A DNA stretch of 64,000 bases from Lentimicrobiaceae bacterium (GCA_037445555.1 JBBIKG010000017.1:2329-66328); one strand, 5' to 3'; positions 29,142 through 39,733 are shown, numbered from the stretch's first letter. Notes: generated by a model not told the origin, from the sequence alone. A program made the numbers and translations.

Positions 29142-30449
29142 ATGAACCAGTTGCCGGAAAGCATTAAGGTAATTACCCTTGGGTGCTCAAAAAATGTGGT
29201 TGATTCTGAAAGACTAATGGCTAACCTCCGTCTTGCCGGTAAAACAGTTGTGGCTACTTCTGCAAAAAAAGCAGATATTCTGATAATTAACACCTGTGGT
29301 TTTATTAATGATGCCAAGGAAGAATCCATACACACCATACTTGAGGCAGTAAAGCTGAAAGAATCTGGTAGAGTCAGAAAGGTGGTGGTTATGGGCTGCC
29401 TGTCGCAACGTTATATGGATCAACTGCCTGCCGAGATTCCCGAGGTGGACAATTTCTATGGTGTTAATGACCTTGAAAAAATAGTTGAAGATATTTCGCG
29501 TGAAAAGCGGATGTTCCTTCCAGGGGAGCGATTTGTGACAACACCTTCGCATTATGCCTACCTCAAGATTTCGGAAGGGTGCGACCGCACATGCTCCTTT
29601 TGTGCCATTCCACTTATTAGAGGGAAACATATTTCAACACCTGCAGATGATCTGGTTAAAGAAGCATCAAAACTGGTCAGAAATGGCGCTTCTGAGCTCA
29701 TTCTTTTGGCACAGGATCTTACATGGTATGGTCTGGATATTTATGGAAAACGGACTCTGGCCGGGTTGGTCGACCGGTTGTCTGACATTGAGGGTGTAAA
29801 ATGGTTGAGGTTGCACTATGCATATCCTGCCAATTTTCCGGTTGATGTGCTTGATGTTATGGCGCGTAAGAACAATATATGCCGCTACCTCGATATCCCT
29901 TTTCAGCACATCAGCGATCCTATATTGAAATCAATGAGGCGTGGTAACAATGCCGAAGACACATTCAGGCTGATTGATTCAATACGCACAAAAGTCCCTG
30001 GTATTGCGCTTCGCACCACGCTCATCACAGGCTATCCGGGAGAGAGTGATACACATTTTAATGAGTTGTGCGCATTTGTTGAAAAGATTCGATTCGACCG
30101 GTTAGGCGTGTTCGCATACAGCGAAGAAGAAGGCACAAGGGCTGCCAGATTCAGTGACAATGTTCCTGCTGAAATCAAGCAGCAAAGGGTAGATGAAATC
30201 ATGGCAAGACAACAGGAGATATCACTCGCTAATAATCTGGCGAAAACCGGTTGTGTATTGAACACTATTATTGATCGGAAGGAAGGCGATTATTATGTTG
30301 GCCGCACGGAGTTCGATAGTCCTGAAATTGATAATGAAGTGCTGATACCTTCATCCTTCGGCAGGCTCAAGATCGGAAACTTTTATCAGGTCATGATTAC
30401 TGATGCAGATTACTTCGACCTCAGCGGACAGGTCGTAAAAGATGTTTAG
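29142..30449 (+). CDS. rimO: Ribosomal protein S12 methylthiotransferase RimO
   Basis: UPF0004 N-domain (LGCSKN...INTCGF), radical SAM motif CDRTCSFC and a C-terminal TRAM domain. I use the ATG at 29142, because the track start at 29133 is a TTG. Confidence 0.92.
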   Translation: MNQLPESIKVITLGCSKNVVDSERLMANLRLAGKTVVATSAKKADILIINTCGFINDAKEESIHTILEAVKLKESGRVRKVVVMGCLSQRYMDQLPAEIPEVDNFYGVNDLEKIVEDISREKRMFLPGERFVTTPSHYAYLKISEGCDRTCSFCAIPLIRGKHISTPADDLVKEASKLVRNGASELILLAQDLTWYGLDIYGKRTLAGLVDRLSDIEGVKWLRLHYAYPANFPVDVLDVMARKNNICRYLDIPFQHISDPILKSMRRGNNAEDTFRLIDSIRTKVPGIALRTTLITGYPGESDTHFNELCAFVEKIRFDRLGVFAYSEEEGTRAARFSDNVPAEIKQQRVDEIMARQQEISLANNLAKTGCVLNTIIDRKEGDYYVGRTEFDSPEIDNEVLIPSSFGRLKIGNFYQVMITDADYFDLSGQVVKDV

Positions 30450-30604
30450 TGCTCTACTCATTTTCGGTTTGTAAACTTGTTGATTCAGCCTGTCATGCTA
30501 CCATCAGAGGCAGTTTTCGGGAGATGGCTTCCATTTTATATGCACAGGAATCTTTTCTCGATAAGCGTATCTTTACTTGGGGAAAATGAGTTTTTTAATA
30601 AACT

Positions 30605-31699
30605 ATGCTTGATTTTGAAGTAATACTCGAGAGCTTCTTTCCACACCTTACTCCCTCCTCGGTTGAGAGCCTGGAAAGTGGCCACATAAACGACACCTAT
30701 CGCGTTGACTACCATGGCGAGGGGAGAAGTTACGTGTTGCAAAAGATCAACACCAAAGTGTTTTCAAATCCGTGGATTCTTGCTTGTAACCATTTGAGGC
30801 TGCAGGAGCATGTAACTCGATCTGATAATAGGTTTGTTATTCCGCAACTTATACAGGATAAAAATAACAGTCCTCTTTTTGTAGATAGCTCAAAGAATTA
30901 TTGGCGCTTAACTACATATATTCCAGGTATATATGTTGTTGAGAAAGTGAGCGAACCACGCCAGGCATTCGAGGTGGGAAGGGCTTTTGGTTGGTTGAAT
31001 CGTGTGTGTTCTTCACTTGACCCCAATTCATTTGTGGAGGCTATTCCACAGTTTCATAGCATTGCTTTTCGCCTGAAGCAGTTAAGGCAAGCTATCAGAT
31101 ATGATAAAGTCAATAGAGTGAAGCTGGCCAGCGATGAGATAGTGTTTTATTTAAAAATCAGCGATAAATTTGTTCAAATTGAAGCAATGGTTAAAGAAGG
31201 AAATTTGCCATTGCGTGTGGTACACAACGATACCAAGGCCAACAATGTGCTTTTCAGAGGAGATGAGGCCATAGCCGTGGTTGACCTCGACAAGGTGGGA
31301 CCGGGATTGCTCTTTTACGACTTTGGCGTTGCAATACGGACGATAGGAAATACCGCGTACGAGGATGAACAATTACTTTCAAAGGTCGACTTTAATATGC
31401 AGTATTACAGCAGTTTTGTTCAAGGGTATCTAGATGAGACAAAACTAATACTTGAGGTAGGTGAATGGAATTACCTTCATCTCGCCCCGTCGTTGATGAC
31501 ATTCATAATAGGATGCCGTTTTCTTGCCGATTATCTTGCCGGGGATGTTTATTTTAAAACAGGATACCCTGAACATAATCTTGGGAGGGCGCGCACACAA
31601 ATGCGGTTGCTTCAGCGGATGGAGGAGCTCGGGCCCGGCATAGCTGAGATGATCAGGAATTATAATTTTAATAGGGAAACATTCATGTTACCTAAATAG
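30605..31699 (+). CDS. N-acetylhexosamine 1-kinase (NahK)-like phosphotransferase (APH fold)
   Basis: PLRVVHNDTKANNVLF, VVDLD and RFLADYLAGDVYFKTGYPEHNLGRARTQMRLLQRME closely resemble my recollection of Bifidobacterium NahK (PLRVTHNDTKLNN, RFLADYLEGDIYF..KYPEHNL.RTRTQ). Confidence 0.72.
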   Translation: MLDFEVILESFFPHLTPSSVESLESGHINDTYRVDYHGEGRSYVLQKINTKVFSNPWILACNHLRLQEHVTRSDNRFVIPQLIQDKNNSPLFVDSSKNYWRLTTYIPGIYVVEKVSEPRQAFEVGRAFGWLNRVCSSLDPNSFVEAIPQFHSIAFRLKQLRQAIRYDKVNRVKLASDEIVFYLKISDKFVQIEAMVKEGNLPLRVVHNDTKANNVLFRGDEAIAVVDLDKVGPGLLFYDFGVAIRTIGNTAYEDEQLLSKVDFNMQYYSSFVQGYLDETKLILEVGEWNYLHLAPSLMTFIIGCRFLADYLAGDVYFKTGYPEHNLGRARTQMRLLQRMEELGPGIAEMIRNYNFNRETFMLPK

Positions 31700-31726
31700 T
31701 GGAAAATTTTTCGCTGGCAGAGACTG

Positions 31727-33016
31727 TCAGCTGATAAGACGACGCTGAGATCCAAATCGTTCAAACTCCTTATTTTTCATCACCTGGAAGAGCGACTCAA
31801 TTACCTGCCATACCTCTTCAAATGTGTTGTATAGGGCAATAGGGGCTATGCGGATGACATTTGGCGGACGCAAGTCAGGTACGATGCTGCGGGCTTTCAG
31901 CGCTTCTGTTATCCGGTGAGCTTCCTGATGTTCTATCGCAATATGCCCTCCACGTCTTTCAGGTGTCAAGGGTGTGACAATCCTAAAGCCTTCAAATTGC
32001 TTAATTATTCTTTCTTCGATAAGTGCGACAAGGTATTCGGTAAGGTGTAACGATACGTTGCGGATATTTTCAATGCCAGCTTCGAGGGTTATTTTCAACG
32101 AACCTTCGATTGGGGAGGTTCCAAGAATACCCGGAGAAGATATCTGCCAGCGACCTGCATGAGGGGCCGGAATGAAATCAGGAAGCATTTCGAACTGTTT
32201 ATTCTTTAGATAACCAAACCATCCCGCCAACCTAGGCTCCTTGCTGAAATGCGTTTGACAGACATAAATAAATGCGGCAGCCCCTGGACCGGCATTCAGG
32301 TATTTGTAGCTGCACCAAAGCGCAAAATCCACACCCCATTCATCAAAAAAGTGAGGCACTGCCCCCACTGAATGACTGCAGTCGAACCCTGCATAAATTC
32401 CCCGGCGGTGGGCTTCGCTTGTTATTTTCTCCATATCAAGCAGCTGGCCGCTTCGGTATTGCACCGATGGGAAAAATGCAATTGCCACATCATCGGTCAT
32501 TTGTTGTATGATGGAGTCTTCCTCAATCAAGCCCATGTTATTGGCTCTGACCAGAATCAATGCCTCTTCCGGATTATATCCTTTAAGCCTGATCTGGCTT
32601 TTCAGGGCATACAGATCCGACGGGAAATTCAATTCATCGGCAAGTATCCTGTATCGTCCGGGTGTGGGTTCATAAAAACTGCTGATCAGAGAGTGAATAT
32701 TCAGAGTAGTGGTTCCGGTCATCACAACCTCTTCGGGTTTGGCGCCAATCAACCTACTGGCCAATGCTCCCATTTTTTCTGCAAACCAGAACCAAGGCAG
32801 TTGTCCGCCAAGCCAGCCGCCAATTCCCATAGTTTTCCATTCGTTTAGAACTCTGAGAATCGACTCTTCGGCATCCTTTGAGAGCAACCCTAGCGAGTTA
32901 CCATCCATATATATTACTCCGGGGATGGAATAAAACCGATTTCTGAAACACTTTAGCGGGTTATCCCTGTCGAGCTGTCGGGCGTAGTCAAGAGAAAATC
33001 TTGCGGCATTTTCCAT
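31727..33016 (-). CDS. kynU: Kynureninase
   Basis: 429 aa with a kynureninase-typical N-terminus (IYMDGNSLGL) and a class-V aminotransferase fold with the lysine region (WCSYKYLNAGPG). The start ATG shares one nucleotide with the uvrA stop (TAATG). Confidence 0.85.
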   Translation of the reverse strand: MENAARFSLDYARQLDRDNPLKCFRNRFYSIPGVIYMDGNSLGLLSKDAEESILRVLNEWKTMGIGGWLGGQLPWFWFAEKMGALASRLIGAKPEEVVMTGTTTLNIHSLISSFYEPTPGRYRILADELNFPSDLYALKSQIRLKGYNPEEALILVRANNMGLIEEDSIIQQMTDDVAIAFFPSVQYRSGQLLDMEKITSEAHRRGIYAGFDCSHSVGAVPHFFDEWGVDFALWCSYKYLNAGPGAAAFIYVCQTHFSKEPRLAGWFGYLKNKQFEMLPDFIPAPHAGRWQISSPGILGTSPIEGSLKITLEAGIENIRNVSLHLTEYLVALIEERIIKQFEGFRIVTPLTPERRGGHIAIEHQEAHRITEALKARSIVPDLRPPNVIRIAPIALYNTFEEVWQVIESLFQVMKNKEFERFGSQRRLIS

Positions 33017-35832
33017 TACTGTTCAATTTTTTGCCTGAGATATTGGGCAGTATAAGATTCTGAGCGCTCCACCATTTCTTCGGGAGTTCCTTCAAAACAA
33101 ATGTACCCGCCGGCTTCTCCGCCTTCTGGCCCCAGATCGATAATCCAGTCGGCGCATTTAACGATATCGAGATTATGCTCGATCACAATAACCGTATGTT
33201 TGTGTGCGATAAGGGCCTCAAAAGCCTCTACCAGTTTACTTATATCATGAAAATGTAGACCTGTGGTAGGCTCATCGAATATGAACAGGGTGGGGTTGTT
33301 TGAATACCCTTTGGCCAGGAAATAGGCAAGTTTGATACGCTGCGCTTCCCCTCCACTGAGAGTGCTTGACGATTGGCCCAGCCTCAAATATCCCAGCCCG
33401 ACATCCTGCAAAGGTTTAAGTTTGGCGATAATCCTGTTTGCTAGGGTGGAGTGATTGTTTTCATCTCCAAAAAAATCAATAGCCTGATCTATAGATAATT
33501 CCAGAATGTCAGCAATGTTTTTACCTGCATAGGTAACATCTAGAACATCATCTTTAAATCTTTTTCCGTGACAGTGGTCACAAACCAGTTCAATGTCGGC
33601 CATAAACTGCATCTCGATATGTACCACACCTTCCCCTTCACACTCCTCGCAGCGTCCGCCCTCGATGTTAAACGAGAAATATCCGGGTTTGTAGCCACGC
33701 ATTTGCGCAAGGATCTGGTCAGCAAAAAGTTGCCGTATATCGTCCCAGGCTTTCACATAAGTGGCAGGGTTTGATCTTGATGACCGCCCTATTGGGTTTT
33801 GGTCAACCAGTTCGACAGATGAGATACTTTGAATATCTCCGGATAAACGATCGTGCCTGCCTGTTTTATCGGCATAGCCTCCGTGAAGTTTCTTCACAGC
33901 AGTGTAGAACACCTTTTTCACCAGCGATGTTTTTCCGGAACCACTTACACCGGTCACTGCCGTGAGCGCATGTAATGGAAACTTTAAGTTCAGATTTTTA
34001 AGATTGTTTTCTCTCGCACCACTTATCATTATGAATTCTTTCCACCGTCTTCTTCTTTCGGGTTTTTTGATATTCAGTCTGCCTGAAAGATAGCCGCCTG
34101 TTAATGTACCGCTTGCCATCAGGGATTGATAATCGCCCTGAAAAACAAGCTCACCACCGTATTCTCCTGCATATGGCCCAATGTCAATGATTTCGTCGGC
34201 GGCTTTAATGATATCTTCGTCATGTTCCACCACGATAACGGTATTTCCAAGATTCCGCAACTGCTTCAGTACAGTTATGAGCCTCTGGGTGTCACGCGGG
34301 TGGAGACCGATGCTGGGTTCGTCCAAAATATACATGGAGCCCACCAGGCTGCTGCCGAGGCTAGTGGCAAGGTTAATACGTTGCGATTCGCCGCCTGAGA
34401 GGGTGTTCGATAAACGGTTTAAGGTCAGATACCCGAGGCCGACATCAAACAACACCTGCAAACGGTTTGTAATCTCTGTAAGTAACTGCCGGCTTACCTT
34501 TGCGTCGTAATCCGTAAGCTCCAGTGACTTGAAAACCTCCAGTGCCTGGGCCGCTTGCATGAGCACCAGGTCGTTGATGCTGTAATTGCTTATTTTGACA
34601 TAGGTGGCATCTTTCCTGAGCCGTGTTCCGTTACATTCGGGACAGGTGGTCTTACCTCTATAGCGCGACATCATCACCCGGTACTGAACCTTGTAGTTGT
34701 TTTCCTCTACGAACCTGAAAAATTCTTGTAACCCATTGAAATACTCATTACCGCTCCACAACAGCTTACGATGGTCCTCGCTGAGTTCATAGTAAGGCTT
34801 GTGTATGGGGAAACCAAACTTATATGCATTCTGTATCAGGATATTCTTCCATTCACTCATTTTTTCGCCTTTCCAGCAGGCAATGGCATCGTCAAAAATG
34901 CTTAAGGTCTTATCAGGTACCACAAGGTCCTCATCAATTCCTAAAACTGATCCAAATCCTTCGCAATGTCTGCATGCACCAAAGGGATTGTTGAATGAAA
35001 AAAGGTTTGGAGAAGGTTCCTCAAACGTCATTCCGTCGGCTTCGTAGCGCGAAGAAAACTCCTTTACCGATTGCTCAGGATCATCTTCGTTTACTAAAAC
35101 ACACCTTCCCTTGCCTTCAAAAAATGCCGTTTCAACCGAGTCTGCCAGCCGTGCACGCAGGCTTTCGTCGTTGGATGCCGCCTTTATGCGATCAATCAAT
35201 ACATCGAACGCATTGCAAGCTATCGTCTCTTGCTGCAGCAACTCTTCAATGCGATAGAGGCTGCCCTTGAACCGAACCCGTGTATAACCCTGTTGCATCA
35301 GCAGACTAAGCTGCTCGAAAAAGTTCCTGCCGTTGTTCAGTTCATATGGAGCGTAAAGGCTGACACGGCTCCCTGCAGGCAGGGAAAGTATGTAATCCAC
35401 CACATCTTTAGCCTGATGACGCATAACCAACTGCCCTGAAATCGGGGAGTAGGTTTTTCCGGTTCGGGCAAACAAAAGTTTGAGATATTCATAGATTTCA
35501 GTGGACGTGCCTACTGTGGAGCGGGGATTACGAGTGTTTACCTTCTGCTCTATGGCCACCGCCGGCGATATTCCCGCAATGGATTCAACCTCCGGCTTGC
35601 TCATGCGGCCAAGAAACTGGCGTGCATAGGCACTCAGACTCTCGACATAGCGGCGCTGTCCTTCGGCATACAATGTGTCAAATGCGAGTGATGATTTGCC
35701 GGAGCCCGAGAGCCCCGTAATGACAACCAGCTTATTGCGCGGGATTGAAACCGACAGGTTCTTTAGGTTGTGAACCCTTGCACCTTTGATGATAATGTAG
35801 TGATGAGGGTCGAGACGATTGTCATGTGCCAT
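33016..35832 (-). CDS. uvrA: Excinuclease ABC subunit UvrA
   Basis: Two ABC ATPase modules ([25 protein letters not shown] signatures) and zinc-finger Cys clusters. I use the ATG at 35832 (MAHDNRL), because the track start at 35856 is a TTG. Confidence 0.95.
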   Translation of the reverse strand: MAHDNRLDPHHYIIIKGARVHNLKNLSVSIPRNKLVVITGLSGSGKSSLAFDTLYAEGQRRYVESLSAYARQFLGRMSKPEVESIAGISPAVAIEQKVNTRNPRSTVGTSTEIYEYLKLLFARTGKTYSPISGQLVMRHQAKDVVDYILSLPAGSRVSLYAPYELNNGRNFFEQLSLLMQQGYTRVRFKGSLYRIEELLQQETIACNAFDVLIDRIKAASNDESLRARLADSVETAFFEGKGRCVLVNEDDPEQSVKEFSSRYEADGMTFEEPSPNLFSFNNPFGACRHCEGFGSVLGIDEDLVVPDKTLSIFDDAIACWKGEKMSEWKNILIQNAYKFGFPIHKPYYELSEDHRKLLWSGNEYFNGLQEFFRFVEENNYKVQYRVMMSRYRGKTTCPECNGTRLRKDATYVKISNYSINDLVLMQAAQALEVFKSLELTDYDAKVSRQLLTEITNRLQVLFDVGLGYLTLNRLSNTLSGGESQRINLATSLGSSLVGSMYILDEPSIGLHPRDTQRLITVLKQLRNLGNTVIVVEHDEDIIKAADEIIDIGPYAGEYGGELVFQGDYQSLMASGTLTGGYLSGRLNIKKPERRRRWKEFIMISGARENNLKNLNLKFPLHALTAVTGVSGSGKTSLVKKVFYTAVKKLHGGYADKTGRHDRLSGDIQSISSVELVDQNPIGRSSRSNPATYVKAWDDIRQLFADQILAQMRGYKPGYFSFNIEGGRCEECEGEGVVHIEMQFMADIELVCDHCHGKRFKDDVLDVTYAGKNIADILELSIDQAIDFFGDENNHSTLANRIIAKLKPLQDVGLGYLRLGQSSSTLSGGEAQRIKLAYFLAKGYSNNPTLFIFDEPTTGLHFHDISKLVEAFEALIAHKHTVIVIEHNLDIVKCADWIIDLGPEGGEAGGYICFEGTPEEMVERSESYTAQYLRQKIEQ

Positions 35833-36033
35833 GACAGCAGTGAAATTAGGGTGCAAAAGTAGTGAGTTTTATCCTTGTCTGGTTAGCCGTAACCTCAGCA
35901 AAGTGATTAATAGGCTATCCTGGTTTTTGTAAAATATATTGTTTTGGCTACCTTTGGCAATGTGCTTTTAGTGGAGTCCTCGCCGAACCAAGTGCCTGAT
36001 AAGTTTGTTTATCCCAGGTCTATCTATTATACT

Positions 36034-36582
36034 ATGAACCCCCAAGATCCGGTAACAGTGGTTGTGACCCACCGCGTGGTGGCAGGTCTTGAGAAATCCT
36101 ATGAAGAATGGGCGCAAGGAATTACCCAGGCCGCTCGAACCTTCGATTTAGCCCTGGGCGTTAATTTAATACGTCCACAAACCTCGGCCAGCCGTGAGTA
36201 CGTTATTATATTCAAATTCAGCAGTCGGGAGGCTATGAGCCGGTGGGAGGCCTCGGATGAGCGACGCCAATGGGCAGAAAGAAGAAGACTCTTCACTATC
36301 GATGAACCTACCGTTCACCATCATTATGGATGGGATTATTGGTTTTCACTGCCCTCGAATGCCAGCGTTGCCCCTCCGAAATATAAAATGGCTTTTATCA
36401 CATGGATCAGTATTTACCCTCTGGCACTTTTTATGCCAATGCTGCTGAGGCCTGTCACACAACATTTTCATGTTGCCATAGAGGTGCTGATAGTAGCAGC
36501 GGTAATAGTACCGCTGATGGCCTGGGTGATTATGCCATTCATGATCAGGATTTTCAGTAAATGGCTCTATCCCCATGATTAA
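36034..36582 (+). CDS. ABM (antibiotic biosynthesis monooxygenase-like) domain protein with a C-terminal membrane anchor
   Basis: An N-terminal ~100-aa ferredoxin-like ABM pattern (VTVVVTHRV...YVIIFKFSSREAMSRWEAS) is followed by two hydrophobic helices. I use the ATG at 36034, because the track start at 35944 is a TTG. Confidence 0.65.
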   Translation: MNPQDPVTVVVTHRVVAGLEKSYEEWAQGITQAARTFDLALGVNLIRPQTSASREYVIIFKFSSREAMSRWEASDERRQWAERRRLFTIDEPTVHHHYGWDYWFSLPSNASVAPPKYKMAFITWISIYPLALFMPMLLRPVTQHFHVAIEVLIVAAVIVPLMAWVIMPFMIRIFSKWLYPHD

Positions 36583-37354
36583 ACTGAAACAAAACCAAGG
36601 GATTTCAGATTACCGGCCATCACTAAAGGATTACGGCGAAGAACAGGAATGGTTATCACGTACCAGGCTGATGGTTGGCCACGATGGCATTGAAAGGCTT
36701 AACAAAGCGCATGTCCTTGTTGCAGGCCTTGGTGGTGTCGGCTCGATGGCGGCTGAGATGTTGTGCCGTGCCGGTATTGGAAAACTTACCATTGCCGATA
36801 ACGATAAGGTCCAGGAATCGAACCTCAACCGACAGTTGATCGCACTACGTAGTACCTTGGGAAAACCAAAAACAGAGGTGGTGAGGCAACGGTTGCTGGA
36901 TATTAACCCCAATCTTGAGCTGGAGATCATTAGCAATTATCTGAAAGATGATGTGATCATCGAAGTACTCAGCAGGTCGTACGACTATGTGGTAGATGCC
37001 ATCGATACCCTTTCGCCAAAACTTTACTTCGTTATTTATGCGCTCAAAAACAACCATCGCCTTGTCAGCTCCATGGGGGCAGGGGGCAAACTCAACCCGG
37101 GACTTGTCAGAGTAGCGGATATTTCAGAAACCTTTCAGTGCAAACTGGCTTTCGACCTCCGGAAACGTCTAAGACGAAAAGGGATTACCACCGGGTTTAA
37201 AGCTGTTTTTTCGCCCGAGCCTGTGCCTGACGCAACCATCATCCACACCGAACACGAGAAGAATAAGAAGTCGATGGTGGGCACCATTTCGTACATGCCT
37301 GCTGTATTTGGGTGCTTTTGTGCCGCTGAAGTTGTGCGCGATCTCATAGGGTAG
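36575..37354 (+). CDS. tcdA: tRNA threonylcarbamoyladenosine dehydratase (ThiF/E1-like)
   Basis: ThiF-family nucleotide-binding motif VLVAGLGGVGS and family-typical DNDKVQESNLNRQ. 259 aa. Overlaps the upstream gene by 8 nt. Confidence 0.82.
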   Translation: MIKLKQNQGISDYRPSLKDYGEEQEWLSRTRLMVGHDGIERLNKAHVLVAGLGGVGSMAAEMLCRAGIGKLTIADNDKVQESNLNRQLIALRSTLGKPKTEVVRQRLLDINPNLELEIISNYLKDDVIIEVLSRSYDYVVDAIDTLSPKLYFVIYALKNNHRLVSSMGAGGKLNPGLVRVADISETFQCKLAFDLRKRLRRKGITTGFKAVFSPEPVPDATIIHTEHEKNKKSMVGTISYMPAVFGCFCAAEVVRDLIG

Positions 37355-37565
37355 CTAATTTTAAAATACTCAATATCAATCATATGCGGTGTTATTATTT
37401 TTTTTTGAACTGATTTGGATAAAATTATGCGATGATGCGTGGTTTTTTAAATTTTATCTTATATTTGCTTTTTGAAAAAACACCTGTAACCGTAACCTAA
37501 AATCTGGAGGACAATTATCGGAACAACTCTACGCTTCGAACACTAACAGTAAAAACGGAGGGACA

Positions 37566-38153
37566 ATGGGTACCCAGCATGTTAGCGATCAGGAGCTAAT
37601 AAGCCGATATGTAGCAGGTGATCAATCCAGCCTCGAGAGTCTTATAAATCGCCATCAAAGCCGTGTCTTTGCCTATATTCTTATGGTGGTAAAGGATAAG
37701 CAGCTTTCCGATGACATTTTCCAGGACACTTTCATCAAAGTGATTAATACTTTGCGCACCGGAACCTACAAAGAGGAGGGCAAATTCATACAGTGGGTGA
37801 TGAGGATCGCCCACAATCTCATCATAGACTATTTCCGTAAATCGAAGCGCATACCGGTGGTCGATAACGGAAACGATGAATTTGATATCTTCGATACCAT
37901 CTCACTGACCGATGGCAGCATTGAGGAGCGTATGATTGTGGATCAGATACATGAGGACGTACGTAAACTCATCGATTATCTGCCTGCCGAACAGCGTGAA
38001 GTACTGATCATGCGCCATTATGCCGATATGAGTTTCAAGGAAATTGCTGAACAGACTGATGTGAGCATAAATACTGCGCTTGGGCGCATGCGCTATGCGT
38101 TGATCAACCTTCGCAAGCTTATTGAAAAGAAGGATATTATTCTCACGGTATAA
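37566..38153 (+). CDS. RNA polymerase ECF-type sigma-70 factor
   Basis: Region 2 (FQDTFIKV...WVMRIAHNLIIDYFRK) and region 4 HTH (MSFKEIAEQTDVSINTALGRMRYAL). 195 aa. Confidence 0.9.
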   Translation: MGTQHVSDQELISRYVAGDQSSLESLINRHQSRVFAYILMVVKDKQLSDDIFQDTFIKVINTLRTGTYKEEGKFIQWVMRIAHNLIIDYFRKSKRIPVVDNGNDEFDIFDTISLTDGSIEERMIVDQIHEDVRKLIDYLPAEQREVLIMRHYADMSFKEIAEQTDVSINTALGRMRYALINLRKLIEKKDIILTV

Positions 38154-38179
38154 TTTTCAAAAATATTTTTCAACTCTAA

Positions 38180-38187
38180 TACTTTTG
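38180..38187 (+). promoter_or_regulatory. -7 promoter box TACTTTTG between the sigma gene and a small ORF
   Basis: Exact TAnnTTTG match 27 nt after the sigma stop codon and 50 nt upstream of the ATGATG at 38237. Confidence 0.3.
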
Positions 38188-38236
38188 CCCCTCAAGGGTG
38201 CGTTTGCCTGGTATAAGTGAAACCAAATACCCAGGC

Positions 38237-38419
38237 ATGATGCAAAGCCCTACTCTTAAACCTTCGTTATCTGAAAGTTCATCAAATTCAAGCTCCGGTC
38301 AGTCCGCGACAGGCATGCGCCCTTCAAGAAGGGTCATACGGAACCTTATGGCTTATTCAGCTGCATTGCTGGTTATAAAGCCCAAACTAACAGGAACTAT
38401 TCTGATCATGGCCAACTAA
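38237..38419 (+). CDS. Small hypothetical protein (60 aa from ATGATG; 73 aa from the GTG at 38198), or a non-coding transcript
   Basis: ORF MMQSPTLKPSLSESSSNSSSGQSATGMRPSRRVIRNLMAYSAALLVIKPKLTGTILIMAN sits between a promoter-like box and a good terminator. No family recognised. Confidence 0.35.
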   Translation: MMQSPTLKPSLSESSSNSSSGQSATGMRPSRRVIRNLMAYSAALLVIKPKLTGTILIMAN

Positions 38420-38464
38420 CGACATTTTTTGGTACACAACCAAAACGCTTTTTATCAGAAAACT

Positions 38465-38504
38465 GCTCCGCGTACTGACTTTTATGCGGAGCTTTTCTAT
38501 TTTT
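38465..38504 (+). terminator. Rho-independent terminator downstream of the small ORF
   Basis: Stem GCTCCGC/GCGGAGC (38465-38471 / 38486-38492) followed by TTTTCTATTTTT. Confidence 0.5.
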
Positions 38505-38537
38505 GAATCCGTTAGCAAACCCAATTAACCGGGTAGC

Positions 38538-39221
38538 ATGCAAAAAAAGGAGAGGTTCAGGAATATTATTAACTATTTTGTGGTTAACCAACCGGTGGCC
38601 GAAACCGAATTGCGCTACCATTCAGCCTACGAATTGCTTGTGGCTGTGATCCTTTCAGCCCAGTGCACAGACAAAAGGGTCAACATAATAACCCCGGCAT
38701 TCTTCAAGCGTTTTCCTGATGCAAAGACCTTGAGCATGGCTGATCCGGTTGAGGTGTACAGCTTAATCAGCACCTGTACGTATCCGAACAATAAAACCAA
38801 GCTTCTGTTAGGCATGGCAAGAGTGTTGATTCAGGATTTTGGGGGAGTTGTGCCGGCGGATGTTGAACTTTTACAAATGTTGCCGGGAGTCGGCCGAAAA
38901 ACCGCCAACGTAATTGCTTCGGTAGTTTTTAACATTCCCGCCCTGGCTGTTGACACGCATGTGCTCAGGGTAGCTGCAAGGTTAGGTTTGACAACCCGCG
39001 CGCGCAACCCCCTGCAGGCTGAAAGACAACTTACAAAATACATTCCGTCACATTTGCTGTCGATAGCTCATCACTGGCTCATCCTGCATGGCCGATATAT
39101 TTGTCAGGCACGTAAGCCCAAATGCTCCGTTTGTCCGCTTAATCAATGGTGCAAGTGGTATGACGACAACATGAAAGCAGGCTCCTCCCAATCCGAACAA
39201 AAAGACCTTCGGGCTGTTTAA
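38538..39221 (+). CDS. nth: Endonuclease III
   Basis: HhH-GPD motif (LPGVGRKTANV...VDTHV) and a C-terminal [4Fe-4S] loop CQARKPKCSVCPLNQWC. Confidence 0.93.
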   Translation: MQKKERFRNIINYFVVNQPVAETELRYHSAYELLVAVILSAQCTDKRVNIITPAFFKRFPDAKTLSMADPVEVYSLISTCTYPNNKTKLLLGMARVLIQDFGGVVPADVELLQMLPGVGRKTANVIASVVFNIPALAVDTHVLRVAARLGLTTRARNPLQAERQLTKYIPSHLLSIAHHWLILHGRYICQARKPKCSVCPLNQWCKWYDDNMKAGSSQSEQKDLRAV

Positions 39222-39274
39222 TATCCAGCTTAAATGAATCTATAACTTACAATAATTACAGAATACACAAAGCC

Positions 39275-39733
39275 ATGTCATTATTAAAAAAAGGAGACAA
39301 AGCCCCATCTTTTGAATCGGTGGATCAAAATGGCCATAAGATTAACCTGAATGATTTTGCCGGTACCAAAGTTGTTCTTTATTTTTACCCCAAGGACGAC
39401 ACGCCAGGCTGCACTACCGAAGCTTGCAACCTCCGTGATAATCACGACCTACTGCTCAATCTGGAATACAAGGTAATCGGGGTGAGTGTCGATAGTCAGT
39501 CATCTCACAAGAAATTTGCTGAAAAATACAACCTGCCTTTCACCCTCTTGGCTGATACCAGCAAAGAAATTGTGAACGCATATGGGGTTTGGGGTCCTAA
39601 AAAATTTATGGGGCGTAGTTACGATGGCACCCAAAGGGTAACTTATGTAATTGATGAACAGGGATTTATTGAGAAGGTTATCAACAAGGTAGATACAAAG
39701 AATCACGCTCAGCAGATCCTTGGCAACGGCTAA
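39275..39733 (+). CDS. bcp: Thioredoxin-dependent thiol peroxidase (Bcp / PrxQ)
   Basis: Peroxidatic Cys motif FYPKDDTPGCTTEAC and the AhpC/TSA fold. 152 aa. Confidence 0.9.
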   Translation: MSLLKKGDKAPSFESVDQNGHKINLNDFAGTKVVLYFYPKDDTPGCTTEACNLRDNHDLLLNLEYKVIGVSVDSQSSHKKFAEKYNLPFTLLADTSKEIVNAYGVWGPKKFMGRSYDGTQRVTYVIDEQGFIEKVINKVDTKNHAQQILGNG

